A stretch of 64,000 bases of DNA, taken from assembly GCF_009914755.1 (NCBI RefSeq), contig NC_060939.1; one strand, written 5' to 3'. A model generated the notes under the pieces. That model was not told the origin of the DNA and did no database searches. It saw nothing but the letters and a program-made list of their open reading frames with translations. Below, one piece after another: positions 1 through 12,740 of this stretch. Source of the DNA: the human T2T-CHM13v2.0 reference genome, Homo sapiens. The position numbers and the translations under genes were made by a program. Position 1 is the first letter of the stretch. Each line of letters opens with the position of its first letter.

Positions 1-129
1 TGCCCCCATTTTTCAGAAGAGGCTCAGTGAGGTGGCATGTCCTGCCCAAGGTCACTCAGTCCTCGAGAGCACAGAACTTTCTGGATGACAGCCACAAGCT
101 ACTGAACACCACACTCTCAATAAACCCAG

Positions 130-488
130 TGTTCTGGACTGCGCGTTCACGTCTTCCCCAAATTCCTATGTTGAAACCCTAACCCCCAATGGGATGGCGT
201 TAGGAGGCAAGGGCTCCAGGAAGTAGCTGGGTTCAGATGAGGTCGTGAGGGTGGAGCCCACATGATAGGATCAGTGTCCTTAGAAGAAGAGAAAGAGATA
301 AGGGTGCACTCTCTGCCTGCACAGACCAGGGAAAGCCACGTGAGGACACGGGCAGGAAGAGGGCCCTCACCAGAGCCCAGCCATGCTGGCACCCTCATCT
401 CCAGCCTCCAGAGCTTCGAGAAATAAGTTGTCATCTAAGCCCTCTGGTTTGTGTTATTCCTTTACAGCAGCCTGAACTGACCAAGACA
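130..488 (+). mobile_element. MLT1A-like ERVL-MaLR solo LTR
   Basis: TG...CA termini (tgttctggactg...ccaagaca); internal 'aaattcctatgttgaaaccctaacccccaatg' and 'gctggcaccctcatctccagcctccaga' match recalled MLT1A consensus. Confidence 0.8.
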
Positions 489-1519
489 TCTAGGAAGTAG
501 GTGTCACCCATCCACTTGCTCAACACCCCATATTTCACCTGTTAATGGCGGGGCCCATCTACTCCTAGCCTAGCTGGAGGTGCCCTGGACCCCAGTGTTC
601 CCCAGGCTCCCCAGTGTCTAGAGTATCTTGTGGGGATGTCCACTTAGGACAGGGGGTTTAGTTTGGGAAGCCTGGGTGGGGTTCCCATTCATATGAGGTC
701 CAGGGCGGGTGGGGTCAGGCAGGCTGATGTAACCAACCCCCAGTGGGGAGCCAGCCTGGGACCCAGATTTCGGGCCAGCCTTCCCCTGGCACACAGCCCC
801 AGTGGGGACCCAGCTCAAGGGACAGGCTAGGAGGCTCTGGCTCCCCCTGCCCCCCACCTCGCACGCCTTCTCCACGCTCCTCCCACCAAGCCTCTCCAGG
901 CCCCCACTGTTGCCCATCTCATCTCTCCCACAGGAATAAGCCCTCCATCTCCTTTCCTCCCAGTAAGCTTTAAAGGTCCATCAGAAATTGCTTTAAGACC
1001 CATTAGGCAACCACCCCAAAATTGGCCCAGTAAAAACAGGTTTGCCTGCTTTAGAAACCAGGCCACCCCACCCTGCACATGGCTCTTCCCTCAGAGGGCT
1101 TTTCTAGAAGGGAGGGGGACAGGGATCACAGATGAACCAAACCAATTTTAGTTCTCTTATCCCTCCTAGGAGGAAATTCAAGCTCAGAGGCTGGCCGGCT
1201 CACCTAAAGGCACCCAGAGGGCAACAGCAAGAGCTGGAATCCGGGCCATCCGGGCTTGCCTGTTCCAAAGCCCCTATTTTCACCAGACCCTGCACGTGCT
1301 GCCGCCATTGTCCAGACTCCAGTTGCATGAGGCAGCTCTGTGAGTTATCGCTTCTCCCAGCCTCTGGGGACCCCCATCGTTCTCCACAGTTAATATCAGG
1401 CCTGCCTTGGGCATGGCCCTGGGACCCTTCTCAGCCTGGGGCAGTCCCAGCTCCCATACTCTTCTTTCTTTATCCCCCACCCTCCATGTGTCCAGGGCTC
1501 CTTGTTGCCTCTCTCTCAC

Positions 1520-1700
1520 TTCCATCTTCAAAGCAGGTATTGAGAGCCCAGGGCAAGCTAGAGACTCCGGTTGTGCTGGAGATAGAGGTGACTAAGCAGA
1601 GTAAGCTCCCTGCTCTCAGAGTTGATATCCTACTTGGGGGAGGCAAGGAAATGAATACATCAGTAAGATCATCTCTCACAGTGAAGAGTGTCAAGAAGGT
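1520..1700 (-). mobile_element. L2 fragment
   Basis: Degenerate antisense L2 3' pattern (gtattgagagcc...gtgctggagatagaggtgactaag...ccctgctctcagag). Confidence 0.55.
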
Positions 1701-2346
1701 GGCAAAAGCAAAGTGAGCTTTCCAGCCTGTCCCCGGCTGTCTTGCCCTGCGTAGGGCCTCACAGGTCCCCTCACTTCACCTGGGTAGCAATCACAGGAGG
1801 GGAAGAGGAGGGGGCCAGGAAGACAGGGAAGGAAAGAAACGCCAGGCCAAGCCCTTTGGAGTGTGATGTTGTATGGAACTTCCATACTGACTGTGGAAAG
1901 TAGAGATTCTCCCCAGTGTGACATGACAAAACTGAGGGTAAGAGAGGCTGCTCAAAGGCGTAGGAGCCAAAGCAAACTCCAGTTCTCCTGACTCCCATCC
2001 GGTCCAATGCTGTTTCCAAAACACACTGCCTCCCATGCTCAAGATGGGGCTGTAGCCATTTCTCCTGTTCCCAGCCCGCATAGCCCCTAACCTGTGACAG
2101 CCTCCCTGCTCCTACCCCTGCTATAAATGGCCATGATGTGCAGCCATGGCTGAAAGCACTCACCGAGGTATGCCAGAGACAGTCCAGCTGATGGAGCCAT
2201 CTCATAGGAAGGCATTCAGAGTTGTCATTTCTTCATGGGCAGTGCTCTCCATCCAGCTGTGTATATGCATTTGGCATCTGCTGTGTGCCACTCTCTCGGT
2301 GAGGTGCTGGGCATACAATGAGGCAGGCAGAAGCCTGGCATTCCAT

Positions 2347-2640
2347 AGCTGGGCACAACAGCTCATACCTGTAATCCCAGCAATTTGGGAGGCCGAGGCA
2401 GGAGGACCACTTGAACCCAGGAGTTTGAGACCAGCCTGGGCAACATGACGAAAACCCTTCTCTACAGAAATTACAAACATATTAGCTGGGCATGGTGGTA
2501 CGTGCCTGTAGTCCCAGCTACCCAGGAGACCAAGGTGGGAGGATCACCTGAGCCTGGGGAGGTGGAGGCTGCCATGAGCTATGATCATGCCACTGCACTC
2601 CAGTCTGGATGACAGAGTAAGACTCTGTCTCAAAAACAAG
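2347..2640 (+). mobile_element. AluJ, full length, inside an L2 remnant
   Basis: Both arms, A-rich linker and tail; J-type 'ccacttgaacccaggagtttgagaccagcctgggcaacat'. Confidence 0.93.
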
Positions 2641-4099
2641 AAGCAGCAGCAGTCTGACACTCCAGTGAGAACACAACCATCCGGCCCACCATCACAGAAG
2701 TCAGTATGGAATCCCAGACTGGGCAGGGGCTGTGGAAGACAAGACAGGGTGGCACAAGAGCGTTTGATAGGAGAACTGTTGGATTCCAGAGGGTCCCTGA
2801 GGAAGGAACAACGATCTGGCATTGAACAGGCAAGGGGAGGGTTAGAGGGAGGAGGAGACACAACAGAAGGAGCAGCCTGTAGGAAGGTACATGGTGTGTT
2901 CTAGAAACTGGGAAAAGGATGGGTGGGCTTAGAAGTAGAAGCAGCGAGGAGGGATGGAAGAATTTGGAACCGGGGCTGTCAGCAGGGGCCACACCATGTG
3001 TGCAGTGGGCTGTAGGACATGGGGAAGTATTTGGCCTCGATCCTGAGGCCACAAGGAGCCCCTGGAGCTCTTCGACGTGCCTGAGCTTTTAGAAGATGGC
3101 CCGGCAGCTGCGCGGGTGCAAATCTGCCAGAGACGGCAGCAGGACATCTGTCAGGGTCTATGAGTGGTGCCCAGGAGAGACGATGGTGCCTTAGAGCGAG
3201 GAGGTAACAGTTAGAGGGGGACAGGCGATAGGTTCCAGAGACGTGAAATCCAGGAGGTGAAATTGAGAGGTGGGGATGAGGAAGAGGGAGACTAAGGGTG
3301 ATCTGAGTTCTACTCTGTCAGTGAACACAGGTGGGAAGATCTGATTTTGGGAACTGCAGCCCACATGGATGAGACTTGCTCGAGGTCTCACTGCCAGGCT
3401 TGATCCTGGATTCCGGACTCCAGCTCTGTTTCTCGGCATCTTTCTCAACACGCAGCCCATGCCGAGAAGAGCAGGGTGCCACTGGCTCTTTGTCCCCCTA
3501 GACCAAGGGCCCTGGCAGACAGAGATGGCCCCAGTCATCCAGGTGGGCCCCCACCCCTGTTGCCCCATGGCATCACACACAGTCCTGGCGTACAGGGGCC
3601 CGATGGTGCATGTGTTGGGTTAGTATGGTTGACCAGGGATCCAGAGAACATGTCTGAGTTCTAATCTGTCCCCAGGGAGTCATACCTCTTGGGAACCCTG
3701 TTTAAAATATTGTTTCTGAGGATGAAATCATATCAGGTTATGCAAAAGCCCTCTGAGTAGTACCAAGCCATGGAGGAATGTAAAACATTTTCATTGCACA
3801 GCACAGGGAGGAGCTGCCTAGGAAGCTGAGAAGGAACGGCATGACAGGGGCGGGTGCAGCCCAAGCAAAGGCATGAGGTGGGGAAAGCGCGAGGCCACTG
3901 CAGGGAGGTGGCAGGTAGATCACAAGGGGCTTTTGTATATATTATCCTGCGGCTCGATCTTCACAACAGCCCTGTTCAGGTAAAATCACTCTTTCCTTTC
4001 TCAGATAAGGAAACGGAGATGAATAGCACTGCAGCAGATTTCCCCAGCTCACCAGATCCTAAGCAGCCGAGCCAGCTCCTCTCACCCGCAGGTAGCCAA

Positions 4100-4830
4100 G
4101 CCCTTAATAGATGGGAAATCACTTGCTGAGTTAAAAGTTAAAAGTGACTTATTGATGACAACAGTCTCCCAAGGATCTAGCTAAGGAAGAATTTTCAGTG
4201 GCCAGGACCTCTGAAGGTCCAGTTTAATCTTCCAAGGCAATTTGGAGAAAGAAATTGGCCTTTCTTGAGATGGACTGGAGCAAATACATGTGCTCTCTTC
4301 AATTTTGCAAGCACCTGTCTCCCAGAAGCAGGGGTGGAGGCAGACTGGAGGGTGAGGAGGGGCGTCCCTGCCAGTCTCTGCCTGCACTCTTCCCCTCCCC
4401 CAGCACCTCCGGAGGGGCAGACAGGGAAAAAGAGTCAGCGGTGATACTGTGTGCTGATCAGCAACTTGAGCAAAACTTAATTGCTTCCCTGAACCTGAAA
4501 AAATATCAAACTGCATAAATAAATGTGCTTTAAATTATTAATAAAGGCATTCACATCTGGAGTTGGAGCATGAAAATTAATTTAATTTTTTATGCTAAAC
4601 GGGCTGGTGTGGCATGTGATTTAAGGATTCAGAGATACAAAGGGCAGGGAAGAAAAGGGAGACAGAATGTATGCTATCTTGGGCATTTTGCATTTAAAAT
4701 CTCAAAAACATAAGAAAGAGGAACGAGTAGAAAGAAAGGGCGGGAGAAAGTTCTTTTTCAGACGCAGACTCAGGCAGCTTTAATTACTGAGAAACAAGAA
4801 CATGAAGTTACCTCAGGGCTTCTGCAGTTT
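4100..4830. promoter_or_regulatory. AT-rich repeat-free island, candidate conserved enhancer
   Basis: No recognisable repeat; dense TAAT/POU-like words (tgcataaataaat, aaattaatttaatttt, ttttgcatttaaa, tttaattac) in a GC-richer background. Conservation not testable here. Confidence 0.4.
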
Positions 4831-5077
4831 GAAGTGAACCTGAAGACTGGCAGAGCCCACATTTCTGTGAAGGTGGTAGTTGCCCGACTTCCTCAAGGGG
4901 CAGGCACAATTAAACCCGAGGTTGGGATGCCCATCAGATGCACTTGGAAAGTAGGTCTGAGAGCATCAAATAATGTCTGTGTGGCTTCAGGGAAGGGACC
5001 CAGAGCCCACCGACCCCTGCCAGCAAGCCGGCCTGACACTTGCCCGGCTTCTGGAAAAAGGGTGGTACCAAACAGCC

Positions 5078-5240
5078 CTGGGTCTGAATCCCAGTTTGGC
5101 CACTAACTGGTTGAGTGACCTTGGCCCAAGCTTGTCCCCTCTGAGCCTCAGTCTCTTCCTCTGTAAAGTACGTTAATAACGCCTGTCTCACAGCATTTTT
5201 GTAGGGGCGTAACATGGCATCTAAACATTGCTGAGCCAGA
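5078..5240 (+). mobile_element. MIR
   Basis: MIR core 'tgaccttggcccaag...ctctgagcctcagtctcttcctctgtaaa'. Confidence 0.75.
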
Positions 5241-6319
5241 GGCCAGACACTGTTAGGGCAGGTGATGGCCCCACCTACATTTCCCAGGCCCTTTGAAATC
5301 CCTTGATGTGCCTAGGTGTTTTTGTTTTGTAAGGGAGAAAGGAAAGGAGATGTGGGGTAGGGGGCTTGGTTTGAGGGGCGAGAGGAGAAAGAGAGAAGAT
5401 ACGGGACCCCTGGGACTGAGTGGAGCTCTGAGATCCAGATGCTTGAAAAATACTTCGTAAGACGATGGAGAGAGAACCGCATGCAAAGAGGTGAAGTCTC
5501 ATTGCCTCCGGTCTAGTGAGCAGAAAAGTTGGGATTTTAGCAGCTCCGGCCAGAGGCCATGCCCTGAATGACAGCCCCTACTGCCTCTCACTTAGCAAAT
5601 TCACAGATCTGGCAACACTGAACTTGCAGAACTGTGTGAGGACCAAAGAGGGCCACAGGGCACCTTGCACTGAATTGGGCTCTCAAAAAAAAGTGTTCCC
5701 TTTCCTAGGCCATGGGGCTTCCCAGAGCCAAGCTGGGACAGAAGGACAGAGATGAGTAGCTGAGCAGGAGTTCCTGGGGAATAGGTGCCCAGCTCCAGGA
5801 TGGCCAGCATCGGCCCTTCCCCATGGCTGCCTCTCAAGCTGGAGCGCACTCCAGGACCTGAGCATCTGCCTCTGTCCTACCTTGACCTTTCTGCCTTTCA
5901 AAGGGTCAAAAACACAGCTGCTTCTTTTTCCAACAACTTCCATTTTCATTGCAATTAATTCATGCCAATATCCATTTTTCTCTGCTTTTTGCTGTTCCTT
6001 CCATGATTTCTGCCAGTATCTGAAAGGCCATGGCTTAGTAGAAAGTGTTGGCTGTAGAGTGACGCAGGCCTGCATTCGAAACCTGGGGGACTTGGGCAGG
6101 TGCCTCTGGGCACCCTGGGTTCCTGCCTGAAAAACAGAGATGGTAACGGTCCCTACCAAGGTGGTTGGGAGGGGCAGGCAGGACTTAAAGGTCAGCCACC
6201 TCCTGGTGCAGGTCTGCCCCGTGCCATCACTGCTGTTGGTATCACTGTTCCCCCTGCTTGCCCCTGGGACCCAGCCCAAAAGGCCGCAAAGTACAACAGA
6301 AAGGGCACGTTTGCTGTGG

Positions 6320-6895
6320 GAATACATCGAAAAGAAAAAGGAGGCACCTGCTGCAACTATTTTTTCGTGGTTTTTGTTTCTCAAATATTGACAATTATGC
6401 CTTCAAGAATGCTTCCAAAATTGTTAAAAAAAAAAATTCTTTAAATAAAATTTTAATTAACCCTTATGAAAGATAGTACATTAATTAGTTCAGGTTGAAA
6501 TTATAATACAGCAGAGGTCCATTTTATTGTCTATCTTTAGATTTTATTGCAAATCAGGGCTCCTCTTGTAATCACAGTGTGAAGTAAACATTTACATCCA
6601 TTTTATAGGACTTGAAGCACAGTTTTATATTTTACATGACGATAGACATCTACAGCTGCTGCCTCCATTATGACACAACTATTGGTCACTGCTTTGATTT
6701 AGTTGTCATTAGGATGTTTGTTGGCAACATCATCCCCAATCATTGCATGGCTCTTTTGGAGAAGTGTCTTCCATTTACTTTCTAAGAACAAACTATTAAG
6801 GGAATCAAGGTGTTTCTGAATTACACGTGTTTTGTGTTGAGCTTGAGGGAAAAAAATCACATTTTCTCAGAAATTGCTTTAACTGTAAGTGGGGT
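6320..6895. promoter_or_regulatory. AT-rich repeat-free island, candidate conserved enhancer
   Basis: About 570 bp with no repeat signature; ttaattaa, cattaattag, two ttttattg (CDX/HOX13-like), gtaaaca (FOX), attgt (SOX-like). Confidence 0.45.
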
Positions 6896-6911
6896 CAAAA
6901 ATTTCACCTGG

Positions 6912-7214
<303 letters not shown>

Positions 7215-7509
7215 TTACCTGGAAGTCAGGAAGGGCTGAGCCACCCATCAGCTTTGGTATTGTCCTCCCTCACTTTCTGGGACTCGCTCCTTCCCAACAG
7301 GTGAGCACCTTTGAGCCTCTAAATTGCCTGTAAACCCACACATACCTTTTTCTGGGGACACAGAAAACAGTAAGAACCAGACCCCCAGTCAAGCAGGCTG
7401 TGACTCCCCTCAGCCCCACACTCCTACATCACACGATACCAGCTCAAACCTTCCTGCCCCTTTTCCTTCTCTCAGTTCAGGGGTTCATTAGCCCAGCTCA
7501 TCTCACAGG

Positions 7510-7720
7510 TGGGGTTTGAGCCCAGCGAGACCTCATCCCAGCCTCACCATACTCTGTGACCTTAAGCAGGTCACCTCCATTTCCTCATCTGTAAAACAAG
7601 GATGGGCACACCTACTCCATGGGGTTGATGGGAGGCTCAGACATGATAGTAGATGTGAAAGTGATTTGTAAACTGCAAACAGTCAGACTGTTATCTGATC
7701 ATCATAATCATTATTATTAA
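7510..7720 (+). mobile_element. MIR
   Basis: 'ctgtgaccttaagcaggtcac...tttcctcatctgtaaaa'. Confidence 0.7.
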
Positions 7721-8669
7721 GTGATAAGCACACACCCATCTAACTGTATTCATCTCTCTTAAAATACCCAAAGGATCTCCACTGGAGAAGCACTTGTGTT
7801 TCTAAAGATGCAGTCATGGAAGAGGGAGCTTCCTCCTCCTCTCCCCAGGCTGCATCCCTGCTCATAGAGTATGGGTGTCCCCTGCCCACTTTAGAAACGA
7901 GTTGGGACTGAGGACCTGGACAAGCTGCTAATCTGAGCTGTGAGCCCACCAGTCCTGGCCCAGTTCAGGGTAGGGAGACACGTCTTTCACTTCCTGCGCT
8001 CACGTGGAGGCCATGCTCTTTTTCCAAGGATGCCAGGTGCCCACTGCCCTTTAACATACAGGCTTTGCCTCCTCTGAACTGTGCTCGCTGTGTGTGGAAG
8101 CTTCACTGGTCAGACCCTGGAGGGAGGAAGGAGTGCAGGGGCCTTGAGTCCCTGGCACCCTTGCTGAGCCTACTATATCTCCAGGTAGTAGGATGTCAAA
8201 TGCTGAGTTCTTTATTTGTTCAATAAACACTTTCTGAGCAGTTGTTATAAAGCACTCCCCATGACAGTCATCAAGAATCAGGAGATCAGAGGAGGAGGAT
8301 AAGAAAAATCTGGACTAATTGTCTCTTTTCCCTCTCACATAAATTCTTCTCTGTCCGTGTCATACTGGGTTTCTGTCTCTCCCTGGCACACACATTTGCT
8401 CTCTTGAGAGGCCCTCTGGCTGAGGCCGAGGCATGCCTTCTGGACAGGCTGGAGCAAGTGGGAACCCAGTTGGAAGAATAGGTCCACTGTGCCTCTGGCA
8501 GGCACCCCAACCCTGTCACACCCCCAGTCCACTCCCCCTACCCAGCTTTCTTCCAAACAGAGCTCCCCAGGCCTCCTCTGACCCTCAGGCCCTCCCTGGA
8601 CCTGCTTGCCCCTGCCTGGCTCAGCTTCACTTCCATTTCTAAGATTTAGAAGCAAAGACGGAAAGAGAA

Positions 8670-8900
8670 GCTTGGCGGGCCCAGCTGGGCTGCGGGAGGA
8701 GAGGGGAAGGGGCCCCAGGCTGGAGCAGAAGTTGCTGGTGCGCCGAGCTGCCTTGCGGTTTAGGCCCAGAGGTTCACGCGAGCGAGCGCGCTGTGGTGAG
8801 CGCGATAACCGGCGAGCCGCGAGGCGATTCGGAGAATTTCTGAAGGCTCTGTAATAAAAGGTGACAGCACAAAGCCCATGATAACAAGGCCGAGGCACCG
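8670..8900. promoter_or_regulatory. Small orphan CpG cluster with HOX13/CDX-MEIS-SOX motif triplet
   Basis: CpG-dense non-repeat (cacgcgagcgagcgcgc, gagcgcgataaccggcgagccgcgaggcg); GTAATAAAA 8851-8859, TGACAG 8862-8867, CACAAAG 8868-8874. Confidence 0.55.
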
Positions 8901-9439
8901 TGCCAAGAAGTCGGCAGCAGTGACAAGGAGGGCTTGGCGGAGGTGGGGAGCCAGCCGCTTCCCCTCTGGCAAGGGAGCACACACAGAGGATGCCTCCCCA
9001 GCCTTTGAGCAGAGACAATGAACCCACTTGGAAGAACTCACTTGTGCGTGGCTGGGGTGAGAGTGTGACAGGAATAGAGATGAGCCCCTGCCACGCCTTC
9101 CCTGGGGTTCCACATGTGCCTGCCACCTGCAGTGACAGTCAGCTCCAGACCGTCCCAGCAGTTGTCCCCTCACCTCCTCCTCACTATCTCAGGATGGACA
9201 TGACCCCAGCCTCCAGGGTAGCAGGCCAGGGTGGACAGCACAAGGATGATGCCCGGGAGGGAGAGCCTGACAGGGGCCCAGGTGGGTGGTTTCAGGCACA
9301 CTCAGGGAGGCCGGGAGCCACAGATAACCCAGGGCTAGGGGATGACAGCTTCACTCCTTAGCATGCACCCAAGTCCTGCCCACCCTGGTGCCAGCCTGCC
9401 CTTTCAGCACCCTCTCCCCACGCTAGCTCTGATGCCACA

Positions 9440-9730
9440 GTGTTTTTGTACCTGCTGCTTCCTCTGCCATAATGCTCTTCCCTTTCCTTCTTGCCTGCCT
9501 GTCCTTCAGGACCCTGCTCAAATGTTTCTCTTCTGTAAAGTTTCCCTTGACTCCCAAGGGCAGAACACAACCCCAGCAGCCATCTACTTTACACACCCCT
9601 CCATCAAAACCATCTGTTTTCCTGTCTGACTCCCTTCCAAGTGCTGAGAAAAAGGGTTATGTCTTTGTTTACCTCTTGTTCCCAAAGTCTAGCTCAGAGT
9701 CTGGAATGTAGCAGGCACTCAATGAAATGA
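9440..9730 (+). mobile_element. L2 3' end
   Basis: 'ctagctcagagtctggaatgtagcaggcactcaatgaaatga' is the L2 terminus. Confidence 0.75.
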
Positions 9731-11090
9731 TGATGGAGGGAGGGAGGGAGGCAGGGGGGCAGGGAGGGATGGAGGAAGAGAAGGATGGAGGGAGGGAGGA
9801 ATTGAGGGATGAATGGATGAAGGGTGGATGGAGGGGTGGATGGATGGAGAGATGGAGGGAGGGAGAGATGGAGGGATGGAGGGAGGGAGAGATGGAGGGG
9901 TGGAGGGAGGGAGAGATGGAGGGATGGAGGGAGGGAGAGATGGAGAGATGGATGGAGGGCTGCGTGGATGGATAGAAGGAAGGAGGGAGGGAAGGACTGA
10001 TGAATGGATGGAGGGATGGATGGAGGAGTGAGTGGATGTATAGAGGGATGGAGAGAGGGAGGGATGTATAGAGGGATGGAGAGAGGGAGGGATGGATGGA
10101 GGGATGGAAGGAGGGATGGGTGGATGGATAGAGGGGTGGAAGGAGGGAGGGATGGATGAATAGATGGAAGGATATAGGGATGGATGGATGGAGAGATGGA
10201 GGGATGGGTGGATAGAGGGACAGAGGGATGGGTGGATGGAGGGAAGGAGGGAAGGAGGGAGGGAGGAATGGATGAATGGATGGAGGGATGTAAGTATGAG
10301 TGGATGGATAGAGGGATGAAGAGAGGGAGAGGTGGATGGAGGAGTGGATGAATGAATGGATGCATAGGGAGATGGAAGGATGGGTGGTTAGAGGGATGGA
10401 GGGAGGGATGGGTGGATGGGTGGATGGATGGGGAGATGGAAGGATGGGTGGATACAGGGATGGAGGGAGGGATGGGTGGATGGAGGGATAGAGGGATGGT
10501 TGGGTGGAGGGATGGAGGGATGGAAGGATGGAGGGAGGCAAAGGCAGAGGGATAGAGGGATGAATGGAGAGAGGGATGGAGGGATGGGTGGATAGAGGGA
10601 TGGAGGGATGGGTGGATAGGGGGATGGAGGGATGGGTGGATGGAGGGATGAGTGGATGGATAGAGGGATGGAGAAAAGGAGGGATGGATGGAGAGATGAA
10701 AGGATGGGTAGATGGATGGAGGGAGTGATGGGTGGATGGAGTGATGGGTGGATGGAGGAATGGGTGGATGGGTGGACAGAGGGATGAGGGATGAGTGAAT
10801 AGTGCGAAGAAAGGATGAGTGGATAGAAGGATGGAGGGAGAGATGGGTGGATGGCTAGAGGGGCGGAACGAGGGAGGGATGGATGAATGGATGGAGAGAT
10901 AAAGGGATGGAAGGGTAAGTGGACAGAGGGATGGAGGGATGGAGAGAGGGATGGGTGGATGGATGGGGGTGGAGGGATGGATGGATGGAGAGATTGAGGG
11001 ATGGATGAATAGAGGGATGGAGGGATGGGTGGATGGAGGGATGAAGGGATGGAGGGAGGGATGGACAGATAGGAAGGATGAAGGAAAGAT
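9730..11090. repeat. Purine-rich low-complexity array (GGAT/GGAG/GGGT)n, about 1.36 kb
   Basis: Directly visible; almost no C on + strand; 24-bp sub-arrays at about 9850-9945 and 10570-10650. Confidence 0.97.
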
Positions 11091-12329
11091 ACAAGCAGGT
11101 AAACGTCTTCATAAGCCCACCAAACCCCCCACCTCCCCCTCAGGCATAGTCTGAGGACCTGTACTATCTCCAATGCTGGAGGCCTGAGTCCCCCCATCTG
11201 CCATAAAACCTCTGCTTTGTCTCTGACATCAGAGGCCCTGGCCAAGGTCCTCTCCTTGCCACCCTTGTAATCTCATGCCTTGGATCTCTCGTTAGTACTT
11301 TATCCCTGTGAAGTGGATTGGACCCCATACCTAGAGGGGGTCATGGGAGCCCAACTTTCTCCTCAGAAATACACCAGAAGGTTACAGACCCTTCCCCTTG
11401 GCAAACCCTGCCTGCTCTACCCAGAGATGGAAGGTGGGACGATTGGCCCCAGGTCAGCTCCAGCAACAACTCCCCACGCAGGCCTCAGTCAGTGCTCCCT
11501 GGGAATCCTCCAGGCCCTCCATCTCCCCACTAAAAGCCCTTCCTGCCCAGGACTGGGGTCACATCAGTGCCCAAACCCAGGAAGATCCTTCACCTCAGAA
11601 GTGCAGGCATCAGCCAACCAGAGCAATGCCAGCCATGAGCCAGAGTAGATAGGCAGGGGCCAGGAGGTGCGCAAGGCTGACAGGAATAGGTATAAGCTAG
11701 AACTAGCCAGCTTGGCTCTGTCTGGTTCTGAGCACTGGAGGAAGGAAGGGATTCACACCTAGGAAGCTGGAGTGGCCAAGGGTGTCTGGAAGCCTGGGCA
11801 TCTTCTCTGCTGGATCCATTGCTGAACATACAGACAGAGCCAGCCCCCACTCCATGGCTCCTCAAGGGACACAGCCCAATATGGACACAAGAGACACTCA
11901 AAAACAAAACCAAGACTTCCTGTCCCCAGCTCCCTGCCTCAAGGGACCTCAAAGCACCAGGGAGCTCTGGTGGCTGTCCCCAGAATTCTGTCCACAGCTG
12001 TGTTCTTTCCCTGGCCTCCCTCAGAGAACTATTTGTGTCCCTGGCTTGTGGGCAGTCAGACTGCCTCAGGTGTCCTCCCTTCTGGAAGCTTCCATCTCCT
12101 CCACCATGCACACTCCTTCCTCCAGGGAGCATCAAAGCCACGCTGCAAAGACACAGCCAGGCCTCTGCCCGACGGCCCACCCAAGCTGACAGAAACAGGC
12201 CTTCCTGCTCTTCTCATTCTAGAAAATGGAGTGAAATGCTCCTCAGAGAAGCAAATGACAGGGGAGGCCCCCTACAAAGACAGGTCAGCCATGGGACTGC
12301 AGACAGAGCTGGCTTGGGTCCCCACTGAG

Positions 12330-12740
12330 TGATGTCTGGCAAATGAACTCCTCTGAGCCCCTAGTCCCTGTCCTGTAAATAGAGGTAATACCAGAATGCC
12401 TGCTATATGGCGCCAGTGGTAAGCAGTAAGTGAGGTAGTTTCAATCCTGAGCTTAAAGCGTGCACTGCACAGTAGGGCTCAACAGGCCACAGTTCTCTTC
12501 GTGTGTGTGGGTGGATTCAGGGTCTCCCTCATGGACAGCTCAGGCTCTGGGATCAGACATCCAGGTTTGAATCCAGCCCCGCCGCTGACCAGCTGTGTGT
12601 GCCTTCAGCAACTAACTCAGCCTGCCTGGCCCTCCACCTCCTCTTGGTGATGAGACCCAGTGACAGTCCCACATCCGAGGGCCATTAGGAGGGGCCAGCA
12701 TAGCATTTAACACAGCAACCGGCATGGAGTAAGCGCTCAG
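12330..12740 (+). mobile_element. Two adjacent MIR fragments
   Basis: 'ctctgagcccctagtccctgtcctgtaaatagaggtaata' and 'caggctctgggatcagacatccaggtttgaatccagcc'. Confidence 0.6.

Noticed and set aside
5683-6384. 233-aa minus-strand ORF
   Set aside because: Crosses a MIR-like segment, no domain, non-coding composition
8335-9126. 263-aa minus-strand ORF and possible acceptor ttttattacag near 8850
   Set aside because: No recognisable protein or matching donor; GC-richness explains the open frames; AATAAA fits a HOX/CDX motif equally well
9669-11245. Long ORFs of 223-290 aa rich in P/S/H/I or G/W/M/E
   Set aside because: Translations of the stop-poor low-complexity array; no splice or coding evidence
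12400-12414. CTCF-like ctgctatatggcgcc (also gttccagagggcagt near 58846)
   Set aside because: Mismatches at core positions; much weaker than the 21034 site
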